Notes under the pieces: generated by a model
What the model was told of the DNA's origin: nothing
Databases searched by the model: none
Seen by the model: only the letters and a program-made list of their open reading frames with translations
DNA from: Candidatus Woesebacteria bacterium
GTDB taxonomy: Bacteria; Patescibacteriota; Microgenomatia; UBA1400; UBA1396
DNA length: 64,000 bases
Reading direction: 5' to 3'
NCBI GenBank assembly: GCA_021208605.1
Contig: JAJOJK010000001.1
Location: 5,257-69,256 of the forward strand
Shown: positions 35,870 to 45,076 of the stretch, in pieces
Position numbering within the stretch: the stretch's first letter is position 1
How the letters are laid out: each line of letters starts with the position of its first letter
Program-made: the position numbers and the translations under genes

Positions 35870-37703
35870 ATGTAGTGAGGTTCTTATGCTGATACAACTC
35901 CCGCAACGAATACCCCCGTTTCGCGTAGTAGCCGCGCGTTCCAATGGCCGAGATAACGGCAATGCGTTCAAAGTTCGCGGCGCGGGCAATGGACTCGGCT
36001 TTTTCGAGAAGTTGTTTCCCCAAGCCTAAGTGCTGGGCTTGCGAGTGGCCGCTCTGGCCTACTTTTTCGGTGAGTCCGTAGACGTGCAGTTCGCGGATAA
36101 TGGCCGCGTCTTGGAGTTCGGCAAATGTGTTGGACGTCGTAGGCAGGGAAAGACGGCAAAAGCCTAAAATGCGGTTCTGGGCATCGACAAACTGGATAAA
36201 GTGCTCTTTGCTCACCGCTGTATCGTATTCGGTGACTTTGAGCGTAATGGGCTCGGTCGGAGTTTGACGGCGAATTTCGCGGGCGCGAATGTCTTGCATT
36301 TTGTCCGCACTCCCCTGTTTTTGTAATGCATTTTGAACCAGTTGGCGTTGGTTGGTCTTGATATGAGTATCGACTGTTTCAGTAGAAGGAATATCGCGCA
36401 CAACGCGAGTTAAACGCGCCCATTCTGGCGTATGTGTGAGACAGTACGCCAAGAGCTCGTTGAGCGTTTCTTCACTGTAGGAGTACCACTCACCGCGTTC
36501 GTGGTACTGCATGAGTTCGGCACTGGGAATCAATGCGCAGGGATAAATTTTGAGTTCATCTGGTTTGAAGTCTGGGTCGCTAAATAAAACACCGTACTCT
36601 TCTCGATCCATTTCGGGGTTTGAGCCATAGAGGTTTGGCATCCAGTGGGCGTGGATTTTGAAGCCGGCCTGGCGCAGCATGGCGACGGCTCGGCGAGTGG
36701 CGGCGACGTCATGGCCGCGCTTGTTTTTTTCTAATACTTCGTCGTTCAGTGACTGGAAACCAATTTGTGTTTTTGTCGCCCCGAGTCGGCGGATGCGCAG
36801 AACTTCTTTTTCGGAGATATTGTCAGGACGAGTTTCGATCGTTAGGCCCACGCAGCGCACAGGAGCGTTTTCATTTTCGCGGTGCAGCATTTCCAGCTCA
36901 TCCCAGGTGGCCACTTCGGGGCGGGCAATATCGGTGGACTGCATGAGTCGCTCGGGAAGCAGATAGTGTTTGGCCACCACTTGGTTATAGTTTTCTTTGG
37001 TGTTGAGTTCGCGGCCGTCGATGGCAATGTCATCCGAGTTGATAACTCGATTTTGGGCACGGTGAATTGTTTTGGCGGTTTTTTTGATCGCCTCAAGGAT
37101 TTCATCACGAATGTCACGACCGGCACCGAAGTCGTTTAGAGCGCGGAAACACTCGGCGATAAACCAGATTTGGTAGGGCTCGGGATAGTCAGACCAGGTT
37201 CCGCCGAGAATAATCAGTTCGATTTTGCTCGGATCGTGGCCCATGTTGTAGAGCGCTTGCAGGCGGTTGTAGGTTTGCAGATACGGATCAAATGAGTTGC
37301 GTTCGGCTCGTTGGGCGCCAGGTTCGGAGGCAATGTAACTTTTGGGCATGCGCACGTCATTAGGACAAAAAATACACTGACCTGGACAGGGAAATGGTTT
37401 AGTGAGGACAGCCACCGACTGAATCCCAGATTGAGATCGCATTGGTTTGAGGCGGATCTTGCGGAGTGTGGCCGGAGTTTCCGCCGGAAGTCCGTATTGA
37501 CCAGCATCGGCGCGATAGATACGAATCAGCAAGTCCTGCGTAATGGCTGGATCAAAGTTTTTTTGCAGTTGGCGTATACCACTTTTGAGAATTTCCTGGC
37601 TCTGTTGAAGCGACTCTTGTTTCAGAGCGCGCAGAAGGAGTTGGTGGATGGCGTGACGAAGTTCAGCTGGAACAGCTTGCAGGTCGTCGTATACTACAGA
37701 CAC
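35868..37703 (-). CDS. elp3: Elp3-family radical SAM/KAT tRNA uridine(34) acetyltransferase
   Basis: 'KPMRSQSG', 'PCPGQCIFCP...PKSY...EP', 'IETRPD', 'PDELKIYP', KAT 'IRELHVYG...QHLGLG', 'ISAIGTRGYY'; probable GTG start at 37703. Confidence 0.93.
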   Translation of the reverse strand: MSVVYDDLQAVPAELRHAIHQLLLRALKQESLQQSQEILKSGIRQLQKNFDPAITQDLLIRIYRADAGQYGLPAETPATLRKIRLKPMRSQSGIQSVAVLTKPFPCPGQCIFCPNDVRMPKSYIASEPGAQRAERNSFDPYLQTYNRLQALYNMGHDPSKIELIILGGTWSDYPEPYQIWFIAECFRALNDFGAGRDIRDEILEAIKKTAKTIHRAQNRVINSDDIAIDGRELNTKENYNQVVAKHYLLPERLMQSTDIARPEVATWDELEMLHRENENAPVRCVGLTIETRPDNISEKEVLRIRRLGATKTQIGFQSLNDEVLEKNKRGHDVAATRRAVAMLRQAGFKIHAHWMPNLYGSNPEMDREEYGVLFSDPDFKPDELKIYPCALIPSAELMQYHERGEWYSYSEETLNELLAYCLTHTPEWARLTRVVRDIPSTETVDTHIKTNQRQLVQNALQKQGSADKMQDIRAREIRRQTPTEPITLKVTEYDTAVSKEHFIQFVDAQNRILGFCRLSLPTTSNTFAELQDAAIIRELHVYGLTEKVGQSGHSQAQHLGLGKQLLEKAESIARAANFERIAVISAIGTRGYYAKRGYSLRELYQHKNLTT

Positions 37704-37720
37704 GTAACGTATTGTACCGT

Positions 37721-38449
37721 ATGGACGAAGCCAAGATTCGAGAACACAACCAGTATAACCGTCGTTTTTACACCGATTTTGGTGCCTCTTTTGCGCGTCA
37801 GCGCGAGTATTATTGGCCCAGTTGGTATCAGTTTGCTCAGCAGTCACCAGCAGCCACTCAAGATGATCCAGTACGCGTAACCGACATTGGCTGTGGCTCT
37901 GCTCGATTTGCCCTTTTTTGGCAAACACACGTTTTAGCACCTGTAGAGTTCTATACTGGCATGGATATATCGCCCGTTTTACTGGCGGTGGCAGAAGAGC
38001 AGTTGGCTTCCAGTGAGATAGCGTATGAATTGCAAGAGATTGATATTGTAGAGCGATTGCTGCAGCATGATTTTCAGTTACCTCCCAATACGCACGTCGC
38101 GACTCTTTTTGGTGTTCTGCATCATATTCCGGGCAAAGAAACTCGCCAGCGATTACTGCAGGTGCTGATTCAGCAATTACCACCAAAGGGTGAAATATGG
38201 TTGACCATCTGGAATCCAGGCCGAGTCAGCGGAAAAAAGAATCGATCGGCTCTCGATTTAGGTAACAATGATCATTTACTGGGTTGGCAACACGAAGTAG
38301 ACGCTCAGCGTTTTGTGCACTGGATTTCTGCGGAAGAAGAAGCCTCTCTGTTGAAATCACTTTCTTCCGTAAAAGTAGTGGCCCGTTGGGAAGTAAATAC
38401 CCCTGGTGAGCGCGGAAATATTTGTCTTCTTTTACAAAAACAGGCTTAA
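37721..38449 (+). CDS. Class I SAM methyltransferase, Trm9/ALKBH8-like
   Basis: 'FYTDFGASFARQREYYWP', 'DIGCGSAR', 'GMDIS', 'FGVLHHIP', 'L.PKG.IWLTIW', 'QRFVH'. Confidence 0.8.
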   Translation: MDEAKIREHNQYNRRFYTDFGASFARQREYYWPSWYQFAQQSPAATQDDPVRVTDIGCGSARFALFWQTHVLAPVEFYTGMDISPVLLAVAEEQLASSEIAYELQEIDIVERLLQHDFQLPPNTHVATLFGVLHHIPGKETRQRLLQVLIQQLPPKGEIWLTIWNPGRVSGKKNRSALDLGNNDHLLGWQHEVDAQRFVHWISAEEEASLLKSLSSVKVVARWEVNTPGERGNICLLLQKQA

Positions 38450-39360
38450 AGCCAGCGCATAAAGCGGAAGATAACGGCGGCGACAACCGCCAGAAGTGCT
38501 GTGCCCGCCATCACAATCAAGAAAGCAAATGGATGGCTTTGTAGCGGCAGGCCAATATTCATGCCGTAGGTCGAGGAAATAACGGTCGGAATCGTCATGA
38601 TAATCGTGAAGGAAGTCAAGATTTTCATGGTGTGGTTGACGTTGTTGTTGATCAAAGAAGAATACGTTTCGCCTAAGGTGGACAAAATTTGTGTGTAGAT
38701 GGAGATCATGGCTTTGGCTTGTGTGTTTTCCAAGAGCAAGTCGTTCAGGACATCTTGATCGCTTTGGTACTTTGGAATGGCGGGTTCTTGGAGCATTTTT
38801 TCCAAGATTCCCTCGTTGGAAACAATGGCAGTATTAAAGTAAATCAATTGTTTTTGCAGTTTGAGGATGTTTTGCAGTGAGTCGGTAGCGCGGTGACCTT
38901 TCATGATCGAGGCTTCGAGTTTTTCCATGCGCTGTTCGGTTTGTTCGAGCCCGCGCATAAAAGATTTCAGCGCTAAACGATAAAAGTGGAGTGTGGCGCG
39001 AGTGCGTTTACTGGTATAGAAGTCAGCTGGAGGACGCTCAAGAATAGTGCTCAAGAAACCATATTGCTCGAGTGAAATAGTAATGATGGCACTTCGGGTG
39101 AGAATGAGCGAGAACGGAAGCGCTTTACCGGCATGCGGAATTTGGAACACAATCAAGACGTGCTTTTCGCCGATTTCAATCTGGGCTTTTTCGTCTTTAT
39201 CGAGAATGTGGTGAATATCTTCGTAGGGTAAATAGAACTCGTCACAGACTTTGTGCAGCTCTCCGGGAGTTGGCTGTAGCAAGTTTACCCAAACGTCGCG
39301 TTTGGACTCTGTTTTTTTGAGTACCGGGGCACTGTTCGTACGTTTGTAGTAGGCAAGCAT
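38446..39360 (-). CDS. corA: CorA family Mg2+ transporter
   Basis: 'N.TMKILT', 'YGMN' signature, two C-terminal TMs. Confidence 0.93.
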   Translation of the reverse strand: MLAYYKRTNSAPVLKKTESKRDVWVNLLQPTPGELHKVCDEFYLPYEDIHHILDKDEKAQIEIGEKHVLIVFQIPHAGKALPFSLILTRSAIITISLEQYGFLSTILERPPADFYTSKRTRATLHFYRLALKSFMRGLEQTEQRMEKLEASIMKGHRATDSLQNILKLQKQLIYFNTAIVSNEGILEKMLQEPAIPKYQSDQDVLNDLLLENTQAKAMISIYTQILSTLGETYSSLINNNVNHTMKILTSFTIIMTIPTVISSTYGMNIGLPLQSHPFAFLIVMAGTALLAVVAAVIFRFMRWL

Positions 39361-39417
39361 AGTACCAGTGTAGTTCGTGGCGAGAAGAAGATCAATTTCT
39401 TTTTTTCTTCGGGAAAA

Positions 39418-40164
39418 TTACTGCGTGAGTACTGGCCAGTTCACAAGGTGCAAGAAAAGCAGACTTAAGCCACTAAATTGGTTGGCCAGCATGAGAACGC
39501 CAGTAATGACGATGAGAATTCCTGAAGCTAGGTGGAGCGCGCGAGCAATTTTTTGAGATTTCTGGAAGAAGGGGAAAATGCGATCAAATGCTACGGCAAC
39601 CAAAAGGAATGGAACGCCGAGGCCAAGTCCGTAGCTAATAAGTAAGAAAAAACCCTGGAGCGCAGTGGCTTGTTGCGTTGACCAGTACAGAATTACCGCG
39701 AGGACTGGTCCAATGCATGGTGTCCAGCCGAAGCCGAAAGCCAGCCCTGTCAGCCAAGCATAGAAGAGTTTCCAGTTCTGTAGAAAACTCGGCACAACGA
39801 CTTTGAACTCCCGCTGCAGAATACTTTGCTTGCCGACTCCCAAAATAAAGAGGCCCATGAGAAGAAAGAGCAATCCTCCCACACGGGTAAGCCAAATGCG
39901 ATATGGACCAAGTACGAGCGCAAATCGGTTTAAAACAAAACCTATCAAAACAAAAGTCGTGACAAATCCAAAGACAAAGGCGAATGCTACTTTGAGGAGG
40001 TGCCACCGATCCTCAACATTGGTGTGTGTGAGGCCATGGCCAGACAAAAAAGCGAGATAGGTAGGGACGAGTGGTAGTAAACAGGAGGCAAAAAAAGTCA
40101 AAAATCCGCCCAGGAAAGCGATAAAGATGTTGACTGTGGAGCCGTCGAGGAGTGTTTCGAACAT
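39418..40164 (-). CDS. ccdA: CcdA thiol-disulfide transporter
   Basis: 'SCLLPLVP', 'FGFGWTPCIGPVL', 'YGLGLGVPF'. Confidence 0.92.
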   Translation of the reverse strand: MFETLLDGSTVNIFIAFLGGFLTFFASCLLPLVPTYLAFLSGHGLTHTNVEDRWHLLKVAFAFVFGFVTTFVLIGFVLNRFALVLGPYRIWLTRVGGLLFLLMGLFILGVGKQSILQREFKVVVPSFLQNWKLFYAWLTGLAFGFGWTPCIGPVLAVILYWSTQQATALQGFFLLISYGLGLGVPFLLVAVAFDRIFPFFQKSQKIARALHLASGILIVITGVLMLANQFSGLSLLFLHLVNWPVLTQ

Positions 40165-40191
40165 AGTGTGGTTAGGTGGGTGTTACGGAGA

Positions 40192-40221
40192 GGGCGCGGT
40201 GGGCGAATGCCCACCGCGCCC
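40192..40221. repeat. Perfect 13-bp GC-rich hairpin between dsbA and ccdA
   Basis: GGGCGCGGTGGGC-GAAT-GCCCACCGCGCCC with no adjacent U-tract. Confidence 0.8.
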
Positions 40222-40251
40222 GGCTCTCTCATTCTCAGAGAATACTGACCG

Positions 40252-40999
40252 TTATTCTAAATAACCGTCAATAATGGTTTTTACTTGCGTAAATGGCAGA
40301 GCACCCGAGATGAGCTCGGTTTCGCCATCGGCGGTGACTAAGATAGTACCGGGGGTACCACTGACACCAGCAGCAGCGCCAGCCGCCATTTCGTCCGCAA
40401 TGTTGTCAGCGTATTTGCCGCTGTCAATACATTCTTGGACGGCACCGGCGTTCACACCAGCGACCTCAGCTGCTAAAGCGGCTACGTCTTCCTGGGGGAA
40501 ACCAGTTCCAGTGGCTTCAGTGCGTGCGAAGTAAGCGTCGGTGAAAGCCCAGAAGGCATCGTTGCCACCCAGTTCGGCCACACACTCAGAGGCTTGAGCC
40601 ACTGGCTCAGCATACTCGTGGAAAGAAAGTGGGTAGTGGCGGAAGACCCAGCGCACTTGGCCATCGTATTCTTCCATGACTTGAACCATAGTTTCGTGGA
40701 AATTTTTACAGAAGGGACATTCGTAGTCAGAGTACTCAATCAAGGTGATTTGAGCATCTTCGGCACCACGAACATGGTCGGTTTCATCTACTGGCGGGAG
40801 GGCGTCAACGTTGACGGTGTCTCCACCGAGCGTATCAGCTCCGGCTCCGGCAGGATCAGCGACGACTGCGCCAGTTCCAGCGGTTGGCGTTTTTTTTGAG
40901 GTAACGAACCTCGGTAAATAACATACCAATCACGAAGGCAGCCACAACGAGCAAACCAGTGATCAGGTACGAATCGAGGTTTTCTTTGATTCGATCCAT
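40252..40999 (-). CDS. dsbA: Membrane-anchored DsbA-family thioredoxin (frameshift at the homopolymer 40890-40897)
   Basis: 'EYSDYECPFC', 'RHYPL', 'GVSGTP'; the N-terminal TM 'MDRIKEK...LITGLLVVAAFVIGMLF' lies in another frame. Confidence 0.88.
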
Positions 41000-41090
41000 G
41001 CGAAAACTCCTTTATAGTTTCTTTTTTCGGCAGATAGCAGACCGTACTACGAGTGTAGTAAGGACACTAGACCATTGTCAATACTCTACC

Positions 41091-41459
41091 TTATTTCTGG
41101 AAGATCGTCTGGAGTATTTCTTGTTGGTCCTCGGGTAAGCGGTCAATTTCATCTTGCAGGGCCTTGATACCGTCTTCTTCGTAGCGGTCAAATAAAGCCG
41201 CTAAGAAGTTTCTAGCCTGGAAGCGTGCCATGTCGCGGCGGGAGGTACAGACATCGTAGACGTGGGCTTTCCCCTTTTTGTGGCGACAAAGAATGCCTTT
41301 CTCCACCAAGCGGCCCATGACTGTCATCACTGTGGTGTAGGCAATTTCGCGATCGTTTTGCAGTTTTTCGTGTACAGAGCGCACGTTACACGGACACTCA
41401 CTCCAAATGATGTCCATAATTTCTTTTTCGAGAGGGCCTAATTGGCATACCTGATTCAT
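41091..41459 (-). CDS. BlaI/MecI/CopY family transcriptional regulator
   Basis: 'LGPLEKEIMDIIW', 'AYTTVMTVMGRLVEKG.L.R...GKAH.Y'. Confidence 0.9.
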   Translation of the reverse strand: MNQVCQLGPLEKEIMDIIWSECPCNVRSVHEKLQNDREIAYTTVMTVMGRLVEKGILCRHKKGKAHVYDVCTSRRDMARFQARNFLAALFDRYEEDGIKALQDEIDRLPEDQQEILQTIFQK

Positions 41460-41515
41460 GCTCTGACCATTATAATACATGAGTACGATCCAGATATTTA
41501 GAAAAGAAAGGACCC

Positions 41516-43270
41516 ATGTCTGTATCACCACAATCGCACGTAATGCTCGCCGCTCTGGAGCAGGCTGTGCGTCGTGGCGTGCAGTCAGTTCTGCCCGCTC
41601 TTTCTGATGCCGAGTACGTACCCGCTTTTGAGCACCCAGCCGATACTTCCCATGGTGAGTGGTCAACTAACATTGCTTTACAGCTGTTTGGACAGCACAA
41701 AAGTGAATTGGTTGATATTCGTTCTCCACGCCAGTTTGCGGAAACACTAGTCGTCGGCATGGGTGAAATTCCAAGTGTGACTGTTTCAGTTGCCGGACCA
41801 GGATTTATTAATTTTTCTTATGCACCAGCTGTCTTTTTACAGACTTTGGATACTATCCAACAAGGCACTGTGGAAGCGCTCCTTCCCGCTTATGGCACCG
41901 GTCAAACAGCCGTGGTGGAATACTCTTCGCCCAATATTGCCAAGCCATTTACGATTGGACACCTCCGCTCAACCATTATTGGCGACGCGGTAGCGAATTT
42001 ACTCGAAGCTACTGGATGGACCGTAAAACGAGATAACCATCTTGGTGATTGGGGGACGCAGTTTGGAAAACAGATTTGCGCCATTAAAAAATGGGGTGAC
42101 GAAGAAGAGATAGCGCAGTCAGAACGACCGGTGAAAAAACTGGTGGAACTCTATGTGAAGTTCCATGCGGAAGCCGAAGAGAATCCCGAATTAGTAGACG
42201 AAGGTCGAGCCTGGTTCAAAAAACTCGAGGACGGTGACCTAGAAGCGCGCCGCCTCTGGCAAAAATGTATCGATTGGTCCTGGAAAGAGTTCAATCAGAT
42301 TTATGAAGAACTGGGAGTTCGTTTTACCGAAAATGACGGCCGTGGATATGGTGAATCCTACTTTGAAGACAAGATGGATGTTGTTGTCGAAGAGCTGGAA
42401 ACGAAAAACCTGCTGACCGACAGCGAAGGTGCTCGCCTCGTTTTCTTCCCCGATGATCAATATCCACCTCTTATGGTGATCAAAAAAGATGGAACAACCC
42501 TCTACGCCACCCGTGATTTAGCTACGGACAAGTTCCGTTTGCAGAAATACGGTGCTGATGTGCGCATCATCAACGAAGTCGGTGCCGAACAAAGTCTCTA
42601 TTTCCAGCAAATTTTTGCCATTGAGTTGATGTTGGGCTGGGTAGAACCGGATCAGCGGGTACACGTCAAACACGGGATGTTCCGCTTTAAAGACGGCAAG
42701 ATGTCCACCCGTAAAGGCAACGTTATTTGGTTAGAAGATGTTTTGCAGGAAGCTCGCGAGCGCGCGCAACAGCTCGGCGATGATCCCGAACACGCGCAAA
42801 CGATTGCCTCTGCCGTTGGTATTGGGGCGCTCAAATGGAATGACCTCAAACGCAGCGCGCACTTAGATGTTGTTTTTGACTGGGATGAAATGCTTTCCAT
42901 GGAAGGGAACTCCGGGCCCTACATGCAGTACACCGTAGTGCGTGGCAAAAGTGTGTTGCAAAAGTGGCAGGAAAGTGGCTTTACCGCGACCGCGACTACA
43001 GAAGCTGATATCACACCAGAAGGATTAGAGATTCTGCGATTACTCTCTCGCTACGGTGAAGCGGTAGAACGGGCGGCTCAAGAGTATGCACCGCATTTGT
43101 TGGCCAATGCTTTGTTTGAAATTGCGCAGAGTTTTAATACGTTTTACAACAAGCATCAAATCGTGGCTGACGGTGTCCCGCAAGTGCGAATTGATCTGGT
43201 AAACGCTACGGTAGCTGTTCTTTCTCATGGTTTAGGTTTGCTCGGGATTGAAACCGTTGACCGGATGTAA
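41516..43270 (+). CDS. argS: Arginine--tRNA ligase
   Basis: 'AGPGFIN', 'EYSSPNIAKPFTIGHLRS', 'GDWGTQFG', 'KMSTRKG', 'GPYMQY'. Confidence 0.97.
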   Translation: MSVSPQSHVMLAALEQAVRRGVQSVLPALSDAEYVPAFEHPADTSHGEWSTNIALQLFGQHKSELVDIRSPRQFAETLVVGMGEIPSVTVSVAGPGFINFSYAPAVFLQTLDTIQQGTVEALLPAYGTGQTAVVEYSSPNIAKPFTIGHLRSTIIGDAVANLLEATGWTVKRDNHLGDWGTQFGKQICAIKKWGDEEEIAQSERPVKKLVELYVKFHAEAEENPELVDEGRAWFKKLEDGDLEARRLWQKCIDWSWKEFNQIYEELGVRFTENDGRGYGESYFEDKMDVVVEELETKNLLTDSEGARLVFFPDDQYPPLMVIKKDGTTLYATRDLATDKFRLQKYGADVRIINEVGAEQSLYFQQIFAIELMLGWVEPDQRVHVKHGMFRFKDGKMSTRKGNVIWLEDVLQEARERAQQLGDDPEHAQTIASAVGIGALKWNDLKRSAHLDVVFDWDEMLSMEGNSGPYMQYTVVRGKSVLQKWQESGFTATATTEADITPEGLEILRLLSRYGEAVERAAQEYAPHLLANALFEIAQSFNTFYNKHQIVADGVPQVRIDLVNATVAVLSHGLGLLGIETVDRM

Positions 43271-43294
43271 CCCGGCAGCTGCTACAATGCCCCT

Positions 43295-44311
43295 ATGATT
43301 GATACTTCTCTGGCCCAGCAAATTTGGAATGAAGTGGAACGCGCGCAGCGAATTCTGTTGCACATGCATCCTACCCCTGACGGCGACTCTGCCGGAAGCT
43401 CCCTCGCTCTGCGCGATGTCCTCGATTCCATGGGGAAAGATGTCACCTTGATTCAAGGCGATACTGCTTTTCCAGACTATTTGCGTCATCTTCCGGGTGC
43501 CGAAAACGTGGAACCACATCCTTACGGTTCGGTCGAAACGGAGCAGTTTGACCTGTTTATTATTCTTGATAGTGCCAACAAAGATCAGATTTCCCGCCAG
43601 TCAGAGGTAGTCTTCCCAGAAAATTTACGCACTCTTGTTATCGACCATCACGCCACCAACGAAGGCTACGGTGATATCAACTGGATTGATTCTGGCTATG
43701 TGGCGACCTGTCATATGGTGTTTGATCTTTTGACAGCGGCAAAGATAGAGATTTCTCGCGAAGCAGCCACCTGTTTGTTTGTTGGTATGTTTACGGACTC
43801 TGGCGGTTTCCAGTATCCACCGACTTCGGCTGCCACGCTCCACGCCGCCGCCGATCTCGCCGCCAAAGCGCCCGATTTTTCCGAGTACATTTTCCATATC
43901 AATAACACGTTTGATCCGGAAAACATGTACTACCGCGGTATTGCTTTGAAAAATATCGAGTTGTTTCATAACGGCCATATTGCTATCTCGGCAGTAAGCG
44001 CTTCCGAGCTCGATAGCCGCGGCATTCTCCCAGACCAAGCAGACAAAAGCTTTATTGCCAACCAACTTAAGAGTGTTGTCGGTTGGGATGTAGCGGTCGG
44101 ATTAGTAGAAAGTGAGCCTGGCGTTGTGAAAGCCAGTTTCCGTACGCGTAAACCAGAAATCTATCATGTCGGTAAAATTGCCGCCATGTTGGGTGGCGGC
44201 GGCCATCAAGCAGCGGCTGGTCTGACTCTCAAAACTTCACTGGATGATGCCAAGCGGCAGATTGTTGAGGCAGTGTTGGCGTGGGAAAATGAGCACGGAG
44301 CTACTGAGTAA
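43295..44311 (+). CDS. nrnA: DHH/DHHA1 oligoribonuclease NrnA
   Basis: 'H..PDGD..GS', 'IDHH', 'TDSG.F', 'GGGGH..AAG'. Confidence 0.92.
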   Translation: MIDTSLAQQIWNEVERAQRILLHMHPTPDGDSAGSSLALRDVLDSMGKDVTLIQGDTAFPDYLRHLPGAENVEPHPYGSVETEQFDLFIILDSANKDQISRQSEVVFPENLRTLVIDHHATNEGYGDINWIDSGYVATCHMVFDLLTAAKIEISREAATCLFVGMFTDSGGFQYPPTSAATLHAAADLAAKAPDFSEYIFHINNTFDPENMYYRGIALKNIELFHNGHIAISAVSASELDSRGILPDQADKSFIANQLKSVVGWDVAVGLVESEPGVVKASFRTRKPEIYHVGKIAAMLGGGGHQAAAGLTLKTSLDDAKRQIVEAVLAWENEHGATE

Positions 44312-44325
44312 TCGATTATCATTTT

Positions 44326-44440
44326 GTTCCCGGGCAGGATTTACGACTGCGTTCGCCATAGCTCACTCCGCATGCACTACCCAGGTGCTTCGCACTTGGC
44401 GGCGCGAACAGAGGCTTTTTTGCCATCACCCCAAAACTAC
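44326..44440 (-). repeat. Structured ~115-bp element ending in a partial copy of the tRNA-Gln 3' end
   Basis: GTTCCCGGGCAGGATT (44326-44341) vs tRNA GTTCCCGGGCAAGGATT; internal GTTCGC/GCGAAC pairing; 18-bp motif shared with 63264-63281. Confidence 0.65.
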
Positions 44441-44466
44441 AAAAAAAGCCGAAGGCGGCTTTTTTT
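44441..44466 (-). terminator. Terminator after tRNA-Gln
   Basis: AAAAAAAGCCG-AAGG-CGGCTTTTTTT (bidirectional). Confidence 0.75.
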
Positions 44467-44470
44467 ATAG

Positions 44471-44541
44471 TTCCCGGGCAAGGATTCGAACCCTGAATAA
44501 CTGTGCCAGAAACAGTTGTGATGCCATTTCACTACCCGGGA
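44471..44541 (-). tRNA. tRNA-Gln(CTG)
   Basis: TCCCGGG/CCCGGGA acceptor stem; ACTGT-TT-CTG-GC-ACAGT anticodon arm; GGTTCGAATCC. Confidence 0.93.
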
Positions 44542-44613
44542 TCGGTTCGAGGAGATCATTATACCGCATGGTATGGAGCGCGGCGGGAGGGATTTTTTTG
44601 AGGAGAAAATGGA

Positions 44614-44640
44614 AAAGCCCCGCACGGAGTGCGGGGCTTT
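44614..44640. terminator. Terminator after the small membrane gene
   Basis: AAAGCCCCGCAC-GGA-GTGCGGGGCTTT. Confidence 0.75.
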
Positions 44641-44652
44641 AAAAACGGATCG

Positions 44653-44898
44653 TTAATTTGGGAAGTGTATCAATGCGAATGATGTTGTAAATGTGATTAT
44701 CCACACCACCAATCTAATTGCACCCAGGATGTAAATCCCAAAGGCCTGGATCACCCACGGATTAGTGGGAAAATCGAATTGCAGCAGAAATGAAAAAGCC
44801 ATAACTGCAATTACCAGGAGTCCCGCTGAGACCCACTCTGGTGTTTTCCATATCATGCCACATGTTCCTCCGGCTACTACTCCTGCGAGTAACCACAC
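44653..44898 (-). CDS. Small hydrophobic (3-TM) protein
   Basis: Fully hydrophobic 81-aa ORF between a promoter-like site and a terminator; start uncertain. Confidence 0.45.
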   Translation of the reverse strand: MWLLAGVVAGGTCGMIWKTPEWVSAGLLVIAVMAFSFLLQFDFPTNPWVIQAFGIYILGAIRLVVWIITFTTSFALIHFPN

Positions 44899-45042
44899 TA
44901 TGTATATGTAAACGATCTCTCGCCTCTCCCCTTCAGTTTCGCCGCGTTGGCGAGGGGGAGATTTGAGAGCTATATTATAACAAAAATACTATAGGATGTC
45001 TATATAACAGAAGCAAACCCAAATATTCCGCAAATTGCTCTC

Positions 45043-45070
45043 TTGACACAGCCCATAACATATGTATAAT
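45043..45070 (+). promoter_or_regulatory. Consensus sigma-70 promoter
   Basis: TTGACA-16 nt-TATAAT. Confidence 0.75.
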
Positions 45071-45076
45071 ACTTAA

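Noticed and set aside
37704-38186. 161-aa N-terminal extension of Elp3 in the ORF track
   Set aside because: It is antisense to the methyltransferase gene; a -10 element sits 7 nt before GTG 37703, the likelier start
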